Shown: positions 20,759 through 31,571, numbered from the stretch's first letter. The stretch: DNA of 64,000 nucleotides from a bacterium (GCA_038109055.1 JAYNIM010000001.1:135045-199044), one strand, 5' to 3'. Numbers and translations: made by a program. The notes: generated by a model from the letters alone, not told the origin.

Positions 20759-21457
20759 TTATTTTTTTAGTAGTTTGATATTGTCTATTTCGATGTCAAT
20801 TTCGGCATGTTCCTCTTCTTGAATAAAGATGAACTGGGCTTGTATAAGGCCGCCTGACTTATTTTTATGATTGGGATTCCATTTGTTATCCCCTACCATT
20901 GGGTTCATATCTATAAATAGGTTTAGGGGAATGTAGAGGATGTTAAGGCCTTTTTTTGATATGGTTTGATCATAGACAAATTTATCGTCATGACTGGGTA
21001 GATAAGGTAAGGTTTTATTCAGTTCAATTACGTGATTGTTGTTGTCATCATCATAAAGTTCAATTTTTAATTGAAAGGGTTTTTTACTTTTATTGATGAG
21101 GCTTATTTTGAGTGTTTTGTAGGTGCTAGCGTCTGTTTTTAAAAAATTTGCTATGCCACCAATAAAAAATTTTCTTTTTTTGCCGTATAGGTGTAAGGCG
21201 TTTTTACTTAACCATTTATATTTGTTTTTGTTATTGATGATGATGTTGCTCTTAAGGTCTCCAAAGGTTTTCCAGTTTTTTTTAAAGCTTTTGTTATCAA
21301 AGTCATCGAGTAGTAATTTGTTTGTGTGCTTGTATATATGTGTGATGGGTTCTAAGGTTATTTTTTGGGGTTTATAGGTATCTTTTTTTTCTTTGGATAG
21401 AGTTAAGGTGTTCAAGCATAAAATAAGTAGGCAGATATTAAGGTAGATTCTTTTCAT
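20759..21457 (-). CDS. Exported carbohydrate-binding-module-like protein (CBM11-like)
   Basis: Signal peptide; LLLDDFD...WKTFGD start and IEIDNIKL end typical of galactose-binding-fold CBMs. Confidence 0.55.
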   Translation of the reverse strand: MKRIYLNICLLILCLNTLTLSKEKKDTYKPQKITLEPITHIYKHTNKLLLDDFDNKSFKKNWKTFGDLKSNIIINNKNKYKWLSKNALHLYGKKRKFFIGGIANFLKTDASTYKTLKISLINKSKKPFQLKIELYDDDNNNHVIELNKTLPYLPSHDDKFVYDQTISKKGLNILYIPLNLFIDMNPMVGDNKWNPNHKNKSGGLIQAQFIFIQEEEHAEIDIEIDNIKLLKK

Positions 21458-22871
21458 GATTTACCCTTAATAATAATGCATTCTCTTGTAGATTTACAAT
21501 TTTATAAGGTTCTGCGATTTCTATGCCGATCACACATAGTATTTCGTTGTTATGGCATAGGAGAGGTTGCCATTTTTGTTGGGATAACGGAATTTGTTTT
21601 TTTTTGAAAAATGAGTTTAGCGTCTTTTTTTCTTTTTTTCCAAAAGCGTGAAAAGTATCTTTTTGTTGAGGGGATCTTATGTATAAATCTTTTGCTTGGA
21701 GTTTTTTTAAATTAAGGAGATGTGTTTTTTTGTATTTGAGTCTTTCCTTTGCTATTGTTTTTGTTTTTCTTAGTTTCCAAGTGATGTGTAGGGGGTGATT
21801 TGGGATTAAGAAAACGCCTGATTCTGTTTTTAAGGGGTGTTTATAGGGAGTATCTCTTTTTGTGTTGGTTGTTAAAAGGAGGGTTTTGTTTTCATAGTAA
21901 GCACGTAGACCTTTTGGAAGTGTGAGTTGTTTTGAATTGTTTCGTTTTTTTAGAAAAGATTCTAAATTTTCTAGATGAGATTTGGATAGTTTTGGAAGTG
22001 TTTCTTTGAGACCCTTAGTGTGTGTATAGGTGTTTTTTTTGAGTTTTTCATAGCAGAGATAGAGTAAACGTTTTTGTTGAAGCGAACTTAAGGGGTCAAA
22101 ATGGCGTATTTTTATACGGAGTGTTTGGTTGCTTATGTGTATTTGTTCGAGTGCTTCTTTTAGGCTTTGGTCGATATAGTTGTATTGATCATGAACAAGT
22201 TCTTCAATGTTTTTTAGGGTTTTTAGGATGGCTGGGTTGATTTTTTTGAGCGTGGGTATGACGTTTAACCGTAGTTTGTTTCTGTCGTAAGTATCCTTTG
22301 AGTTGCTACTATCTGTGTAATAAGAGATGTTTTCTTTGTTAAGGTAGTTAAGGATTTCTTTTTTTTCAATATTGATTAGTGGGCGTAATAGAGTATTTGG
22401 AGGTTGTTTTTCTTGAAATGTAAGATTACCGAAGTGGTTTGCACACCCTTTGATGATACGTAGTAAACGTGTTTCAAGATGATCATCTTGGTGATGTCCC
22501 ATACATATTGTTTGGATATTTTTTAATTTTGCATAATGTTTTAGTATGGCTTTTCGACAAAGGTGGCCGGATGCTTCAATTGATAATTTGTATCTTTCTG
22601 CATGACGTTTAATTGGAATTCGTTTTATTGTTAGTGGGACATTTTCGCTTTTGCTAAATGTTTTGATAAAGGCTTCTTCTTGTAGATGGTCTTTCCGTAG
22701 TTGATGATTAATATAGAGTAAGTGACAGTTTTTTTTTCCTACGTGGCGACTGATTACCTTGTATAAACATATTGAGTCTGGGCCACCAGAAAATGCAATT
22801 AACACAGGGTTTTTTTTTGATAGTTTTTTAACTAATTCAGGCTCTATTTTTTCGTAAATATTGCGAAACAT
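21438..22871 (-). CDS. tilS: tRNA(Ile)-lysidine synthetase
   Basis: AFSGGPDS, NHQLR, GHHQDDHLET, RPL, DSSN...RNKLR. Confidence 0.95.
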   Translation of the reverse strand: MFRNIYEKIEPELVKKLSKKNPVLIAFSGGPDSICLYKVISRHVGKKNCHLLYINHQLRKDHLQEEAFIKTFSKSENVPLTIKRIPIKRHAERYKLSIEASGHLCRKAILKHYAKLKNIQTICMGHHQDDHLETRLLRIIKGCANHFGNLTFQEKQPPNTLLRPLINIEKKEILNYLNKENISYYTDSSNSKDTYDRNKLRLNVIPTLKKINPAILKTLKNIEELVHDQYNYIDQSLKEALEQIHISNQTLRIKIRHFDPLSSLQQKRLLYLCYEKLKKNTYTHTKGLKETLPKLSKSHLENLESFLKKRNNSKQLTLPKGLRAYYENKTLLLTTNTKRDTPYKHPLKTESGVFLIPNHPLHITWKLRKTKTIAKERLKYKKTHLLNLKKLQAKDLYIRSPQQKDTFHAFGKKEKKTLNSFFKKKQIPLSQQKWQPLLCHNNEILCVIGIEIAEPYKIVNLQENALLLRVNHEKNLP

Positions 22872-22881
22872 TTAGATATAA

Positions 22882-24420
22882 TTACATTTTTTCTGGCGTT
22901 GATAAGCCAAGTATGGTTAAACAGCAATCAAAAACTTCTTTTGTTTTTAAAATAATCAGTAAACGCTGTGTTTTTTGTGTGTCGCTGGCTTTTATAATGG
23001 GGCAAGATTCGTAAAAGGTATGAAATTTCTTGGCTAGTGTATAAAGATAATGACATAGAATTTGTGGATTAAGCTGTTCACCTGCCTGAGTAATGTGGTC
23101 TTTAAATTGGCTGGCATGCAACATTAGGCTACGTTCTTTTTTTTCTAGCTGTAGGTGCTTTTTATCCATTGTTTTTGAGGGTGAAATTTGTTTTAAAATA
23201 CTGTTGATGCGGACGTAGGCATATTGAATGTAATAAACAGGGTTTTCATTACTTTTTTCTTTTGCTAGCTCTAAATCAAAGTCTATGTGGGTATTTGCGT
23301 GATTTTGTGCTAGAAAATAGCGAGTGGCATCAACACCAATTTCATCCATGACCTCGGATAATGTAATCATATCTCCGCTGCGTTTGGACATACGTATTGG
23401 TTTTCCTTTTCGTTTAAGATTGACGAGTTGTCCTAGAATAACGGTGAATTTATTTTTATCTTTATAGCTGTTGCCATGTAGAGCAATGAGGGCTGCACGA
23501 ACACGGGCAATATATCCGTGATGATCAGCTCCCCATATATTGATTAGGGTGTCATAACTTCTTTTAGCCTTTTCGTTATGGTAAGCAATGTCTACAGCAA
23601 AATAGGTGAATTGGCCATCTTTTTTAATTAATACTCGATCTTTTTCGTCTCCGAATTCGCTTGATTTAAACCATAGTGCAGCGTCTTTTTCATAGGTTAG
23701 ATTTTTCGTTTGTAATAGTTCTATGATGGGGTTGATTTTGTTTTCTTTGTGTAAGGATTGTTCTGAATACCAGTTTTTGAAATGTGTTCGAAGTCGTTTT
23801 AAATTGGCTTTTTGATTGTCAATATTACTTTTTAGGGGATTGGTTGATTCTTTTGCGAGCTCTTTCATGTAGTTACCGTGATAACCATTTTCAGGAATTG
23901 CTTTATTTTCTTTAATGGCGCTGATGGTAGCGTTGAAATTGTTTACTTGTTCACCTGTATCATTGATGTAAAATTCTTCATCCACACTTGCTCCGCAAAA
24001 TCTGAGTATATTTGCCAAGCAAGATCCGATACTTGCCCAGCGTGCATGGCCGATGTGTAAAGGACCTGTTGGATTAGCAGATACGTATTCTAGTAAATAT
24101 CTTTTTCCTTTTTGTATCTGTATAGCCTGGGTGTCTAGTTGTTGAAAATAATCCCATAGAGAGTTGTTTTTAATTTTAAAGTTAATGAACCCATTAATGG
24201 CACTGACGTCAAATTCTTGGGATATACATTGCTTTGCTAATGTTTCTGCTAATTCTTTGGGGTTTTGAGACTGCTGTTTGGCTAGTTGAAAACATAAAGG
24301 GGTTGAATAATCGCCGTGTTCAACTATTTTAGGTGCTTCAATGATTATTTTCTGGGTATCAAAAGAGAGCTGTTGTTGCTTTAATAGTTTTATTAGGGTG
24401 TTTTTTAGAATGTTTTTCAT
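22882..24420 (-). CDS. argS: Arginine--tRNA ligase
   Basis: EYVSANPTGPLHIGH, WGADHHGY, MSKRSG, NPVYYIQYA. Confidence 0.98.
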   Translation of the reverse strand: MKNILKNTLIKLLKQQQLSFDTQKIIIEAPKIVEHGDYSTPLCFQLAKQQSQNPKELAETLAKQCISQEFDVSAINGFINFKIKNNSLWDYFQQLDTQAIQIQKGKRYLLEYVSANPTGPLHIGHARWASIGSCLANILRFCGASVDEEFYINDTGEQVNNFNATISAIKENKAIPENGYHGNYMKELAKESTNPLKSNIDNQKANLKRLRTHFKNWYSEQSLHKENKINPIIELLQTKNLTYEKDAALWFKSSEFGDEKDRVLIKKDGQFTYFAVDIAYHNEKAKRSYDTLINIWGADHHGYIARVRAALIALHGNSYKDKNKFTVILGQLVNLKRKGKPIRMSKRSGDMITLSEVMDEIGVDATRYFLAQNHANTHIDFDLELAKEKSNENPVYYIQYAYVRINSILKQISPSKTMDKKHLQLEKKERSLMLHASQFKDHITQAGEQLNPQILCHYLYTLAKKFHTFYESCPIIKASDTQKTQRLLIILKTKEVFDCCLTILGLSTPEKM

Positions 24421-26249
24421 GGGGCGTTGAATTTTTTGTTAAGTTTGTTTTCTATTTCTGGAATTTTGGATAGTAATGCCATGATTTCAGCTTTATTTAT
24501 TAATCTGTTTGGATAAAAGTAGCTGTATTTTGTGGATAGAATATCATTGGTTATGGCTGTTTTGATATAGGGGAAAACCCAATGTGTGTCTTGTATGTCC
24601 CAGAAAGGAATTTTTTCTATGTCGGATTGTTCTGTTAACTTGCTTGCTCGAATAATGGCGCTAAGTGCTTGTGCACGAGTAAGGTTTTTTTTTGGTTGAA
24701 AATGTCCGTTTTCGTCTAAATTCATAATTTTGTTTGTTAAAATTGTTTGAATTGCATATTTTTTTTTGTTTTGATGAACATCAGGAATATTTATTAGTGA
24801 TATGTTTGCACTGACCTTTAAATCAAAAATATTGTTTAATAGAGAAGCGAGATCTTCTCTGTTGACCAAATTTTTGGGGTTAAATGTTTCTTCATTTTTA
24901 ATTAAACCTGCATAATTTGCTTTAGCTACTGTATCTTGGATCCAATGTCCTTCTAAATCTTTTGGGCTTTCAAGATAGTGAATGTGTAGGGCTTTATCTT
25001 CGTTTTTTATTTTTAATATAAATATGTTTTTACCTTTTTTTAAGGTAAGGTCTTTAGAAAAAAAACCATAGTGATCTATTGGGATGCTTTCATTATTTAT
25101 GAGCAATTTTGTGGGGGGATTAATTTGGCCTTCAAGTGTGAAATTTTCGTTATATACGATTTTTGGTTCTTTGAAATTATTAAGGTAAATTTCAGGATGT
25201 TCTTGTTGGTTGAAATTTTTTTCTAATCTTTCTGTGATTATTTTTTTTAGATCTAACTTAATTTCGTGTGTTTCTTCTAATTTGTTGATTTGTATATTAT
25301 TTAGTTCTGATTGAATTTTTGGATAGTGGCTAACACACTCAATAAGTGTGGCCCATGTTAGTTCTTCAAAGGGGTGGCTTTGGTGGTTTTGGGAGATGAA
25401 TTTTTCGTTTATTGCGGCTTTGAAATAAGGAGTTGTCCAATGTTGATGTTTTTTGGGGGGTGTTTTTATTTCTACGTTGTTTGCTTTTAGCATACTGAGT
25501 ATAAAGTCTATTTTTGTGATACCTTTGTCTGGTTGGAAGCGTTTATCAGGAAAGGTACTTATCCACTTCTTTTGCATCGCGGTGTTGATGTAGTCAGTGG
25601 CCCAATGAGACAGAGGGACATCAGGATGATGAGATGATTCTTTGATTAGTTTTGTTTTGGTTAAGGTGCACAAAAAATAGGCTAATTGAGCACGTGTCAC
25701 TTTTGTTTTTAAGGTGTCTTTATTGTGTTTTGCAAAAATGGAGTTATAAAAGTTTATATAGTATTTACGGTTGCTTTTGAATTCATTGATATCTTTTGGG
25801 GAGTCTAATTTTTTTACGGTTCTATAGACAAGGATGTATTTGTTTTCTGGTGTAAAAAAAATGATGGGGATGTGATGTGTTTTTGTTTCTTTTAGTGGGT
25901 ATTCAACATAAAAATTTCCGTTATTATTGCAAGGAATGTTTTGGTTATTTATGATGATATTTGTTTTGTATTTATTTTTTCCTTTGATTATTAGTTTATC
26001 TTTTAGTGTTAATATTGGGATTGGAGTTGTGTAGAGTTGTAGGCTGTCTTTGTATTTTTTTGGAATTTCATATAATGATTTAGGCGTGATTTGTTGTGTT
26101 TTAAGGTGTTTTTCTTGATCTTTACTTAAAGGATTTTCTGTTAGGCTAGTTTTGTTGATGAGTGTTTGAAATAAGTTGTCTGAGGACGCGTTTATTGTGG
26201 CATATAATATACAAATTAAAAGCGGCGTTAGGGCTATCAAATTTTTCAT
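24417..26249 (-). CDS. S-layer homology (SLH) domain protein with Ig-like domains
   Basis: DVPLSHWA...FQPDKGITK, FQPKKNLTRAQ, FWDIQDTHW...YPNRLINKAE; signal peptide. Confidence 0.85.
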   Translation of the reverse strand: MKNLIALTPLLICILYATINASSDNLFQTLINKTSLTENPLSKDQEKHLKTQQITPKSLYEIPKKYKDSLQLYTTPIPILTLKDKLIIKGKNKYKTNIIINNQNIPCNNNGNFYVEYPLKETKTHHIPIIFFTPENKYILVYRTVKKLDSPKDINEFKSNRKYYINFYNSIFAKHNKDTLKTKVTRAQLAYFLCTLTKTKLIKESSHHPDVPLSHWATDYINTAMQKKWISTFPDKRFQPDKGITKIDFILSMLKANNVEIKTPPKKHQHWTTPYFKAAINEKFISQNHQSHPFEELTWATLIECVSHYPKIQSELNNIQINKLEETHEIKLDLKKIITERLEKNFNQQEHPEIYLNNFKEPKIVYNENFTLEGQINPPTKLLINNESIPIDHYGFFSKDLTLKKGKNIFILKIKNEDKALHIHYLESPKDLEGHWIQDTVAKANYAGLIKNEETFNPKNLVNREDLASLLNNIFDLKVSANISLINIPDVHQNKKKYAIQTILTNKIMNLDENGHFQPKKNLTRAQALSAIIRASKLTEQSDIEKIPFWDIQDTHWVFPYIKTAITNDILSTKYSYFYPNRLINKAEIMALLSKIPEIENKLNKKFNAP

Positions 26250-26260
26250 ATGATTAGGGG

Positions 26261-26333
26261 TGCCGAGAGGCGGAATCGAACCACCGACACAGGGATTTTC
26301 AGTCCCCTGCTCTACCGACTGAGCTATCTCGGC
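26261..26333 (-). tRNA. tRNA-Phe (GAA); CCA not fully encoded (followed by CCC)
   Basis: GCCGAGATAGCTCAGTCGGTAGAGCAGGGGACTGAAAATCCCTGTGTCGGTGGTTCGATTCCGCCTCTCGGCA. Confidence 0.97.
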
Positions 26334-26337
26334 TTGA

Positions 26338-26411
<74 letters not shown>

Positions 26412-26428
26412 TAAATTGTGTCTTAGTT

Positions 26429-26457
26429 ATGTTATACAATACAAAGTTGATTTACAA
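26429..26457 (-). promoter_or_regulatory. Sigma70-type promoter of the tRNA pair
   Basis: TTGTAA-N17-TAACAT on the minus strand, about 18 nt upstream of tRNA-Thr. Confidence 0.55.
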
Positions 26458-26475
26458 GGTTTTTTCTTAAAGAAT

Positions 26476-27432
26476 TTATTTTTTTGTGCAAATTAGGGTA
26501 CTTCGTTGTGGTCGTGGATATCCTTCTATTGTTAGTCGTGGGTCTTTTGGGTTTAAAAATTGTTCTAATGAATGACTATAGGTCCATTTAGTTTGTTGTT
26601 GTTCGCTAAACTGTGTGATGTTTCTTTCGATGCATTCAATATTAGAAAATCCGCTCTTTAGACACCAATTTTTTAGGCAGGGCCAGGTGGGGATGTGATA
26701 GACATTTTTCATACTTGCGTATCGGTCTTTGGGGCTAAAGGCTACCTCGCTTTCGCCTGGCCAAATAAGTGTTTCTAGAATTAAATGGCCTTTGGGGCTT
26801 AATAGTTGTTGACAGTGTTTAAGATGAGCGATTGGGTCTTTTCGGTGATATAAAATGCCCATGTTTAGGATTACATCTACGATGTTTGATATATTTGTGA
26901 ACGATTCTATACCTAGTGGCAGAAATTCTATGTTTGGGGTGTTACTTTGATGGACGATGATTTCAAATTGGTAGTAGTAGGCAATATAAGGATCTATGGC
27001 CAAAATAAATGTGGGTTGATGTTCTAAACTTCGTAGTGAAAAATAGCCTGATCCAGCCCCTATATCTAAGATTCGTTTGTTGGTCATTAGGTGATGCAAA
27101 GGTTTGAGGCGCTCCCATTTCATATAGCATTGCCATTCTGTGTTTATGTGGATGTCCCCAATTTGAAAGGGACCTTTTCGCCAGGGTTTGAATTTTTTTA
27201 GCTGTTCTTCGAGTGTGTTTCTTGGGTTTATTAGGTCTATTTGTATCACTTTTTGGTTAAATCTGTGATTTGTAAAGTTGTTTTTTTTAATTTCCTTAAG
27301 ATGTTGATTGTATGTTCTGGCTATAGGTGTGGTTATTTTTGTGTTGTATTCGTTTAATAAACGAGTTGAAACCTCTTTTTTGAGGTGTAATTGCGCGCTA
27401 ATTTTTTCTATTCTATCTTTGCTATTTTTCAT
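26476..27432 (-). CDS. cmoB: tRNA U34 carboxymethyltransferase CmoB
   Basis: PWRKGPF, INTEW...KWER, LDIGAGSGY, MGILYHR, DRYASMKNV, TIEGYPRP. Confidence 0.93.
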   Translation of the reverse strand: MKNSKDRIEKISAQLHLKKEVSTRLLNEYNTKITTPIARTYNQHLKEIKKNNFTNHRFNQKVIQIDLINPRNTLEEQLKKFKPWRKGPFQIGDIHINTEWQCYMKWERLKPLHHLMTNKRILDIGAGSGYFSLRSLEHQPTFILAIDPYIAYYYQFEIIVHQSNTPNIEFLPLGIESFTNISNIVDVILNMGILYHRKDPIAHLKHCQQLLSPKGHLILETLIWPGESEVAFSPKDRYASMKNVYHIPTWPCLKNWCLKSGFSNIECIERNITQFSEQQQTKWTYSHSLEQFLNPKDPRLTIEGYPRPQRSTLICTKK

Positions 27433-27439
27433 TTTATTC

Positions 27440-27468
27440 TTGTCAGTTAACTTTTTTTAAGGCACAAT
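27440..27468 (+). promoter_or_regulatory. Sigma70 promoter for the FMN reductase gene (leaderless-type)
   Basis: TTGTCA-N17-CACAAT-N6-ATG. Confidence 0.6.
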
Positions 27469-27474
27469 CGAAGC

Positions 27475-28008
27475 ATGACCCTTATTATTTCTAGTAGTTT
27501 AAACCCTAAGAGTAAAAGTTTACAGTTAGCGCGTTTGTGTCAGGGGCTTTATTCTGAAATTTGTTCAGATGTGACCTTGTTGGATATGAAGGAGTATGAC
27601 TTACCCCTTTGTAATGCTGGATCCTGTTATCAAAATAGCTCGGTTAAGATCCTGGGGGAAAAAATTTTGAATGCGAAAGGCATTTTAGTTTCCACTCCTA
27701 TTTATAATTATGATGTTAATGCTGCCTTGAAAACATTATTGGAGTGTACTGGTAAAGCATGGTCTAATAAGGTCATTGGCTTTATGACTGTTGCCGGAGG
27801 TACGGGGAGTTATATGTCGTTGATGGGGTTTATTAATTCGTTGATGTTGGATTTCCGTTGTCTTGTAGTACCGCGTTTTGTCTATGCGACGGAAGCTGAT
27901 TTTGATCAGGAGCGTCTAACAAATGACGCTATCAAAGAACGTTTAGCCTTGTTGGTTAATATGCATTTTTCGGTTAGCTCTGCGCTAACTACTGTTTTGA
28001 ATAGGTGA
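27475..28008 (+). CDS. NADPH-dependent FMN reductase (flavodoxin-like)
   Basis: SSSLNPKSKS, STPIYNY..NAALK, AGG.GS. Confidence 0.88.
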   Translation: MTLIISSSLNPKSKSLQLARLCQGLYSEICSDVTLLDMKEYDLPLCNAGSCYQNSSVKILGEKILNAKGILVSTPIYNYDVNAALKTLLECTGKAWSNKVIGFMTVAGGTGSYMSLMGFINSLMLDFRCLVVPRFVYATEADFDQERLTNDAIKERLALLVNMHFSVSSALTTVLNR

Positions 28009-28011
28009 TCT

Positions 28012-28848
28012 GTGACGGTTTTTTTGGAGTCTTTTCTTCCTTTAGTTGAAGATCCAAAAATTAGACATTTTTGTTTGGATGCATCTGGTGTGTTGTATAA
28101 CAAGCCGCAGGGATTGATTCCGGGTGTATTGGCCTCGATTCGTCGTATACGTTCGTTGGGTAAATCATTGTTTTTGGTGACCAATAATAGTATGAAATCT
28201 GCTGCGGATATCTCTTTATACTTATCTGAGCAGAAATTAGACTGGCCTGCGTCTCATATTTTTTCTTCAGGCTTAGGGTGCTCGCTTGATTCTGAGATGT
28301 TTCGTCATTTGAAGGGAAAAAAGGTGTATGTCAGTGGAGATGTGAGTAGTTTATCTTATTTAGACGCCTTTGATAAAACCTGCTTTGTTTCGTCTTTTGA
28401 TGGGGCTGATTGTATTATTTTGCTTTCTAACCCTCAGGCGACGATTCCTAGTAAGTATGCAGATTTATGTGCATACTTGCGGTTGAATCCGCATGTCTCT
28501 GTGTTTTGTTGTAATCCAGATCGTTTTGTTTTAAATCAGGGGGCTTTGTTACCTGTTATGGGGTACTGGGCGGATTATATTTCAATGAAAATTGCTCGGC
28601 CTGTTTATTATTTTGGGAAACCCTACCCTGCTTATTTTTCGATGGTTTCGACATTATTGGCTGAGGGTTTTGGCATTACTGACCTGACTTCTTGTTGTTA
28701 TGTGGATGATTTTATTGATAATTTGAAGGGCTGTGAATTGCCTTTTGTGAAAGTTTGGGCAAGAGATACTGGTTTAGGTGTATTTTTTAATTCCGAGTCA
28801 GTTCAGATTAAGAATGTTGATTATGTGTTGTCTTCTATTGCTTGTTAA
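28012..28848 (+). CDS. HAD-IIA family hydrolase (NagD-like)
   Basis: LDASGVLY, LVTNNS, CCNPD, FGKP, VDD..DN. Confidence 0.8.
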   Translation: MTVFLESFLPLVEDPKIRHFCLDASGVLYNKPQGLIPGVLASIRRIRSLGKSLFLVTNNSMKSAADISLYLSEQKLDWPASHIFSSGLGCSLDSEMFRHLKGKKVYVSGDVSSLSYLDAFDKTCFVSSFDGADCIILLSNPQATIPSKYADLCAYLRLNPHVSVFCCNPDRFVLNQGALLPVMGYWADYISMKIARPVYYFGKPYPAYFSMVSTLLAEGFGITDLTSCCYVDDFIDNLKGCELPFVKVWARDTGLGVFFNSESVQIKNVDYVLSSIAC

Positions 28849-28859
28849 TTAGGGTGTTT

Positions 28860-31571
28860 TTACTCCATAATGAGTGCTTTGATTTCGGATAGATTTACTT
28901 TTTTGGCTTCAAGGCTATCTATTTCAACGATTTGGCTAAGGAGCGCCTTTTTTTCTTCTTGTAGGGATTGAATTTTTTCTTCTATGGTTCCTTCTGTGAT
29001 GAATTTGTATACAATGACTTTGTTTTTTTGTCCTAAACGGTGTACGCGATCTGTTGCTTGCGCTTCAACGGCTGGATTCCACCATAAATCCATGTGAATG
29101 ACATAATCAGCTTCAGTTAAATTAATGCCGACGCCACCTGCTTTTAAAGATACTAAAAATACCCCTGGTTTTGTTTCTTTTTGAAAACGGTCAATAGATG
29201 TTTGTCTACTTTTAGCGTTTTTACTTCCGTCAATTCGTTCAAAATAATAGTTTTTCTCTTCTAGCCATTTTTGCATAATATCTAGCATACGTGTAAATTG
29301 AGTAAAGACGACTACTTTGTGATGTTCAGCCATCAGTTCTGTTACTTTATCTTTGAATAGATCAAATTTTGCAGATTCTAAATTACTGCCTTTAAATTCG
29401 CTTAGCATGGCTGGATGTGTACATACTTGGCGTAATTTTAATAAAGCACTTAGAATATTTAGACGTTCTCTCTGTCCAGCAGCATTGGTCATTCCTTTTC
29501 TTGCTGCATCTAGTACTGTTGTATATAGTTTTTTTTGAACCTCTGACATTGGGCAGGTAAGAATGACTTCTGTTTTTTCAGGTAAGGCATCTAGAACTTC
29601 TTGTTTTTCTCGTCTTAAAATAAAGGGTTTTACTTTATTTCGTATTTGGCTTAGATTTTTATTTTTTAATAATTGTTCAAAATCTTGTTTTTTACCTAAA
29701 TAGCCAGGCATGACAAAATCAAATAGGTTCCATAAATCTTGTAATTGGTTTTCTATGGGGGTACCTGTAAGGACCAAACGAATGTTTGCTTGAAGTTTTT
29801 TTAATGCCTTGGATATTTGAGTGTCTGGATTTTTTATATATTGTGCTTCATCTACCACGATAAGGTCGAAGTTTACATGTAAAAATGTTTCTAGATCATT
29901 TTTGATAATGCCATAAGATGTAATAATATAGTCGTAGTTTTCTATGTCTTTTTTATATTGATGTCGGTTGCTTCCACCGTAAACTAAGGTATTTTTTTTT
30001 GGTAAGAATGTATTTATTTCTTTGGCCCAGTTGTATATGACGTTGGTGGGGCCGATGATTAAGCAAGGGGCATTTCCGTCTAATTTACTACTTACTGCAA
30101 GTGTTTGTACGGTTTTTCCAAGCCCCATATCATCTGCTAAAATACCTCCAAATTGTGTTTGGCAAAGAAAATAAAGCCAGTTAACACCGTATTGTTGATA
30201 ATCTCTTAGATCACCTTTGAAATTTTTGTCTGGTTTGCAGCTGTCTACTATATTGATTTGGGATAATTGGTCGATAAGTTCTTGAGCTGATTTACCCTCT
30301 GCATGGATGTCACTGTCCAATAAAAAAGGTAGCATGTCACGTTTACTAAATTTTTGTCCTACTTTTAGGGCCCCTGCTTCGGCAAAGGTTTTGAGATCTT
30401 TTTGGGATTTCTCGCTTAATTTAACGAATCCAGTTTTTGTTTTGATATACCCTTGATTTTGTATCATTAATCGGGCTGTTTCTTGTAGTGACATGTTTTG
30501 TCCATTGATGTCACAGTTAGATTCAAAATAAAACCAATCTTTGCCACTGTTGTTGATTTTGAATTGAATATCTACGGGTGTTTCTTGAACAGCAAATTGA
30601 GGAACATCTGAGTTTATTAACCATCCTTTTATGATTAATTTTGGAATGACTTTATCCATAAATTTTGCAATGTCACCAGGGTTTTGAAGCATGAATGGTA
30701 AATCAAATTTTAAAAATAGTTCCATAAGGTCCTTTTGGGCATCTTCTTCCATTTCAGGTATACGTTGATGGTTTTTTCCGGTTTTTTTATCAAGAATTAA
30801 ATTGTTTTTATCTGAAGATGATACTGTTGTTGCACCGTATTGGAAGGATAAGTCACTCTTTAGTAAAGGTTCGTGGTAATTTAGGGTGAGCAGTGGTATC
30901 GGGGTCGTGATTTGTGGCATTAACTCGGATAAATCTGCTTGTATTTGCCAGTAAATGAGGTGTTTGTTTGGTTGATAGACTTTATTGATAAAATGAAAGA
31001 TATCATGACCCTTATAAATGCTGGTTTCTTTATCTAAGAAATGATTCATGAATGTTTCAAATTCGTTTGATATGTTTGCAATTAATACGCCGTTACTAAA
31101 ACAAATATTTTCATCATTGGTTCGAAACATAAGCCAGGCCAAGGGGTGTGTTAACCAATTTTTTCTATCCTTTAATTGACAATGTAACGCGTTTCCTTTT
31201 TGTGTGACGGATACGGTTAGTGGGATGGGGCCAATTTTTTCGATCATACGAATACAATTATTATGTTCTAGAAATAAGGGTATTTTATTTTGTATGGCCT
31301 TTAAAAATAACAAGGTCATGTCGTGGTCGTTGGGAATTGCAAAGTGAAATTGGCCCTGTAAATTTATTTTTTTAACAATTTTACTTAGTAGATAGCAAAA
31401 TTCAACGTCTTCAGGTTTTAATGTTTTTTCATTTCTATAAATAAAATGAATAAACGTACCCAAGGATAAAGGCACTTCTTGATTTTGCCACTTTAGTATT
31501 ACTGCTAAATATAAACGTTTTTCCGTATCGAATAAAAAAGATACTTTTAGTTCAACCCTGTTATCTTGCAT
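28860..31571 (-). CDS. SNF2-family helicase/ATPase
   Basis: LRDYQ, ILADDMGLGKT, DEAQYIKN, LTGTPIEN, SLKAGGVGINL, WWNPAVEAQATDRVHRLGQ. Confidence 0.95.
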   Translation of the reverse strand: MQDNRVELKVSFLFDTEKRLYLAVILKWQNQEVPLSLGTFIHFIYRNEKTLKPEDVEFCYLLSKIVKKINLQGQFHFAIPNDHDMTLLFLKAIQNKIPLFLEHNNCIRMIEKIGPIPLTVSVTQKGNALHCQLKDRKNWLTHPLAWLMFRTNDENICFSNGVLIANISNEFETFMNHFLDKETSIYKGHDIFHFINKVYQPNKHLIYWQIQADLSELMPQITTPIPLLTLNYHEPLLKSDLSFQYGATTVSSSDKNNLILDKKTGKNHQRIPEMEEDAQKDLMELFLKFDLPFMLQNPGDIAKFMDKVIPKLIIKGWLINSDVPQFAVQETPVDIQFKINNSGKDWFYFESNCDINGQNMSLQETARLMIQNQGYIKTKTGFVKLSEKSQKDLKTFAEAGALKVGQKFSKRDMLPFLLDSDIHAEGKSAQELIDQLSQINIVDSCKPDKNFKGDLRDYQQYGVNWLYFLCQTQFGGILADDMGLGKTVQTLAVSSKLDGNAPCLIIGPTNVIYNWAKEINTFLPKKNTLVYGGSNRHQYKKDIENYDYIITSYGIIKNDLETFLHVNFDLIVVDEAQYIKNPDTQISKALKKLQANIRLVLTGTPIENQLQDLWNLFDFVMPGYLGKKQDFEQLLKNKNLSQIRNKVKPFILRREKQEVLDALPEKTEVILTCPMSEVQKKLYTTVLDAARKGMTNAAGQRERLNILSALLKLRQVCTHPAMLSEFKGSNLESAKFDLFKDKVTELMAEHHKVVVFTQFTRMLDIMQKWLEEKNYYFERIDGSKNAKSRQTSIDRFQKETKPGVFLVSLKAGGVGINLTEADYVIHMDLWWNPAVEAQATDRVHRLGQKNKVIVYKFITEGTIEEKIQSLQEEKKALLSQIVEIDSLEAKKVNLSEIKALIME

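Noticed and set aside
28860..31571. SNF2 helicase as part of an anti-phage defence system
   Set aside because: No methylase, nuclease or other defence genes adjacent; it looks like a stand-alone bacterial SNF2
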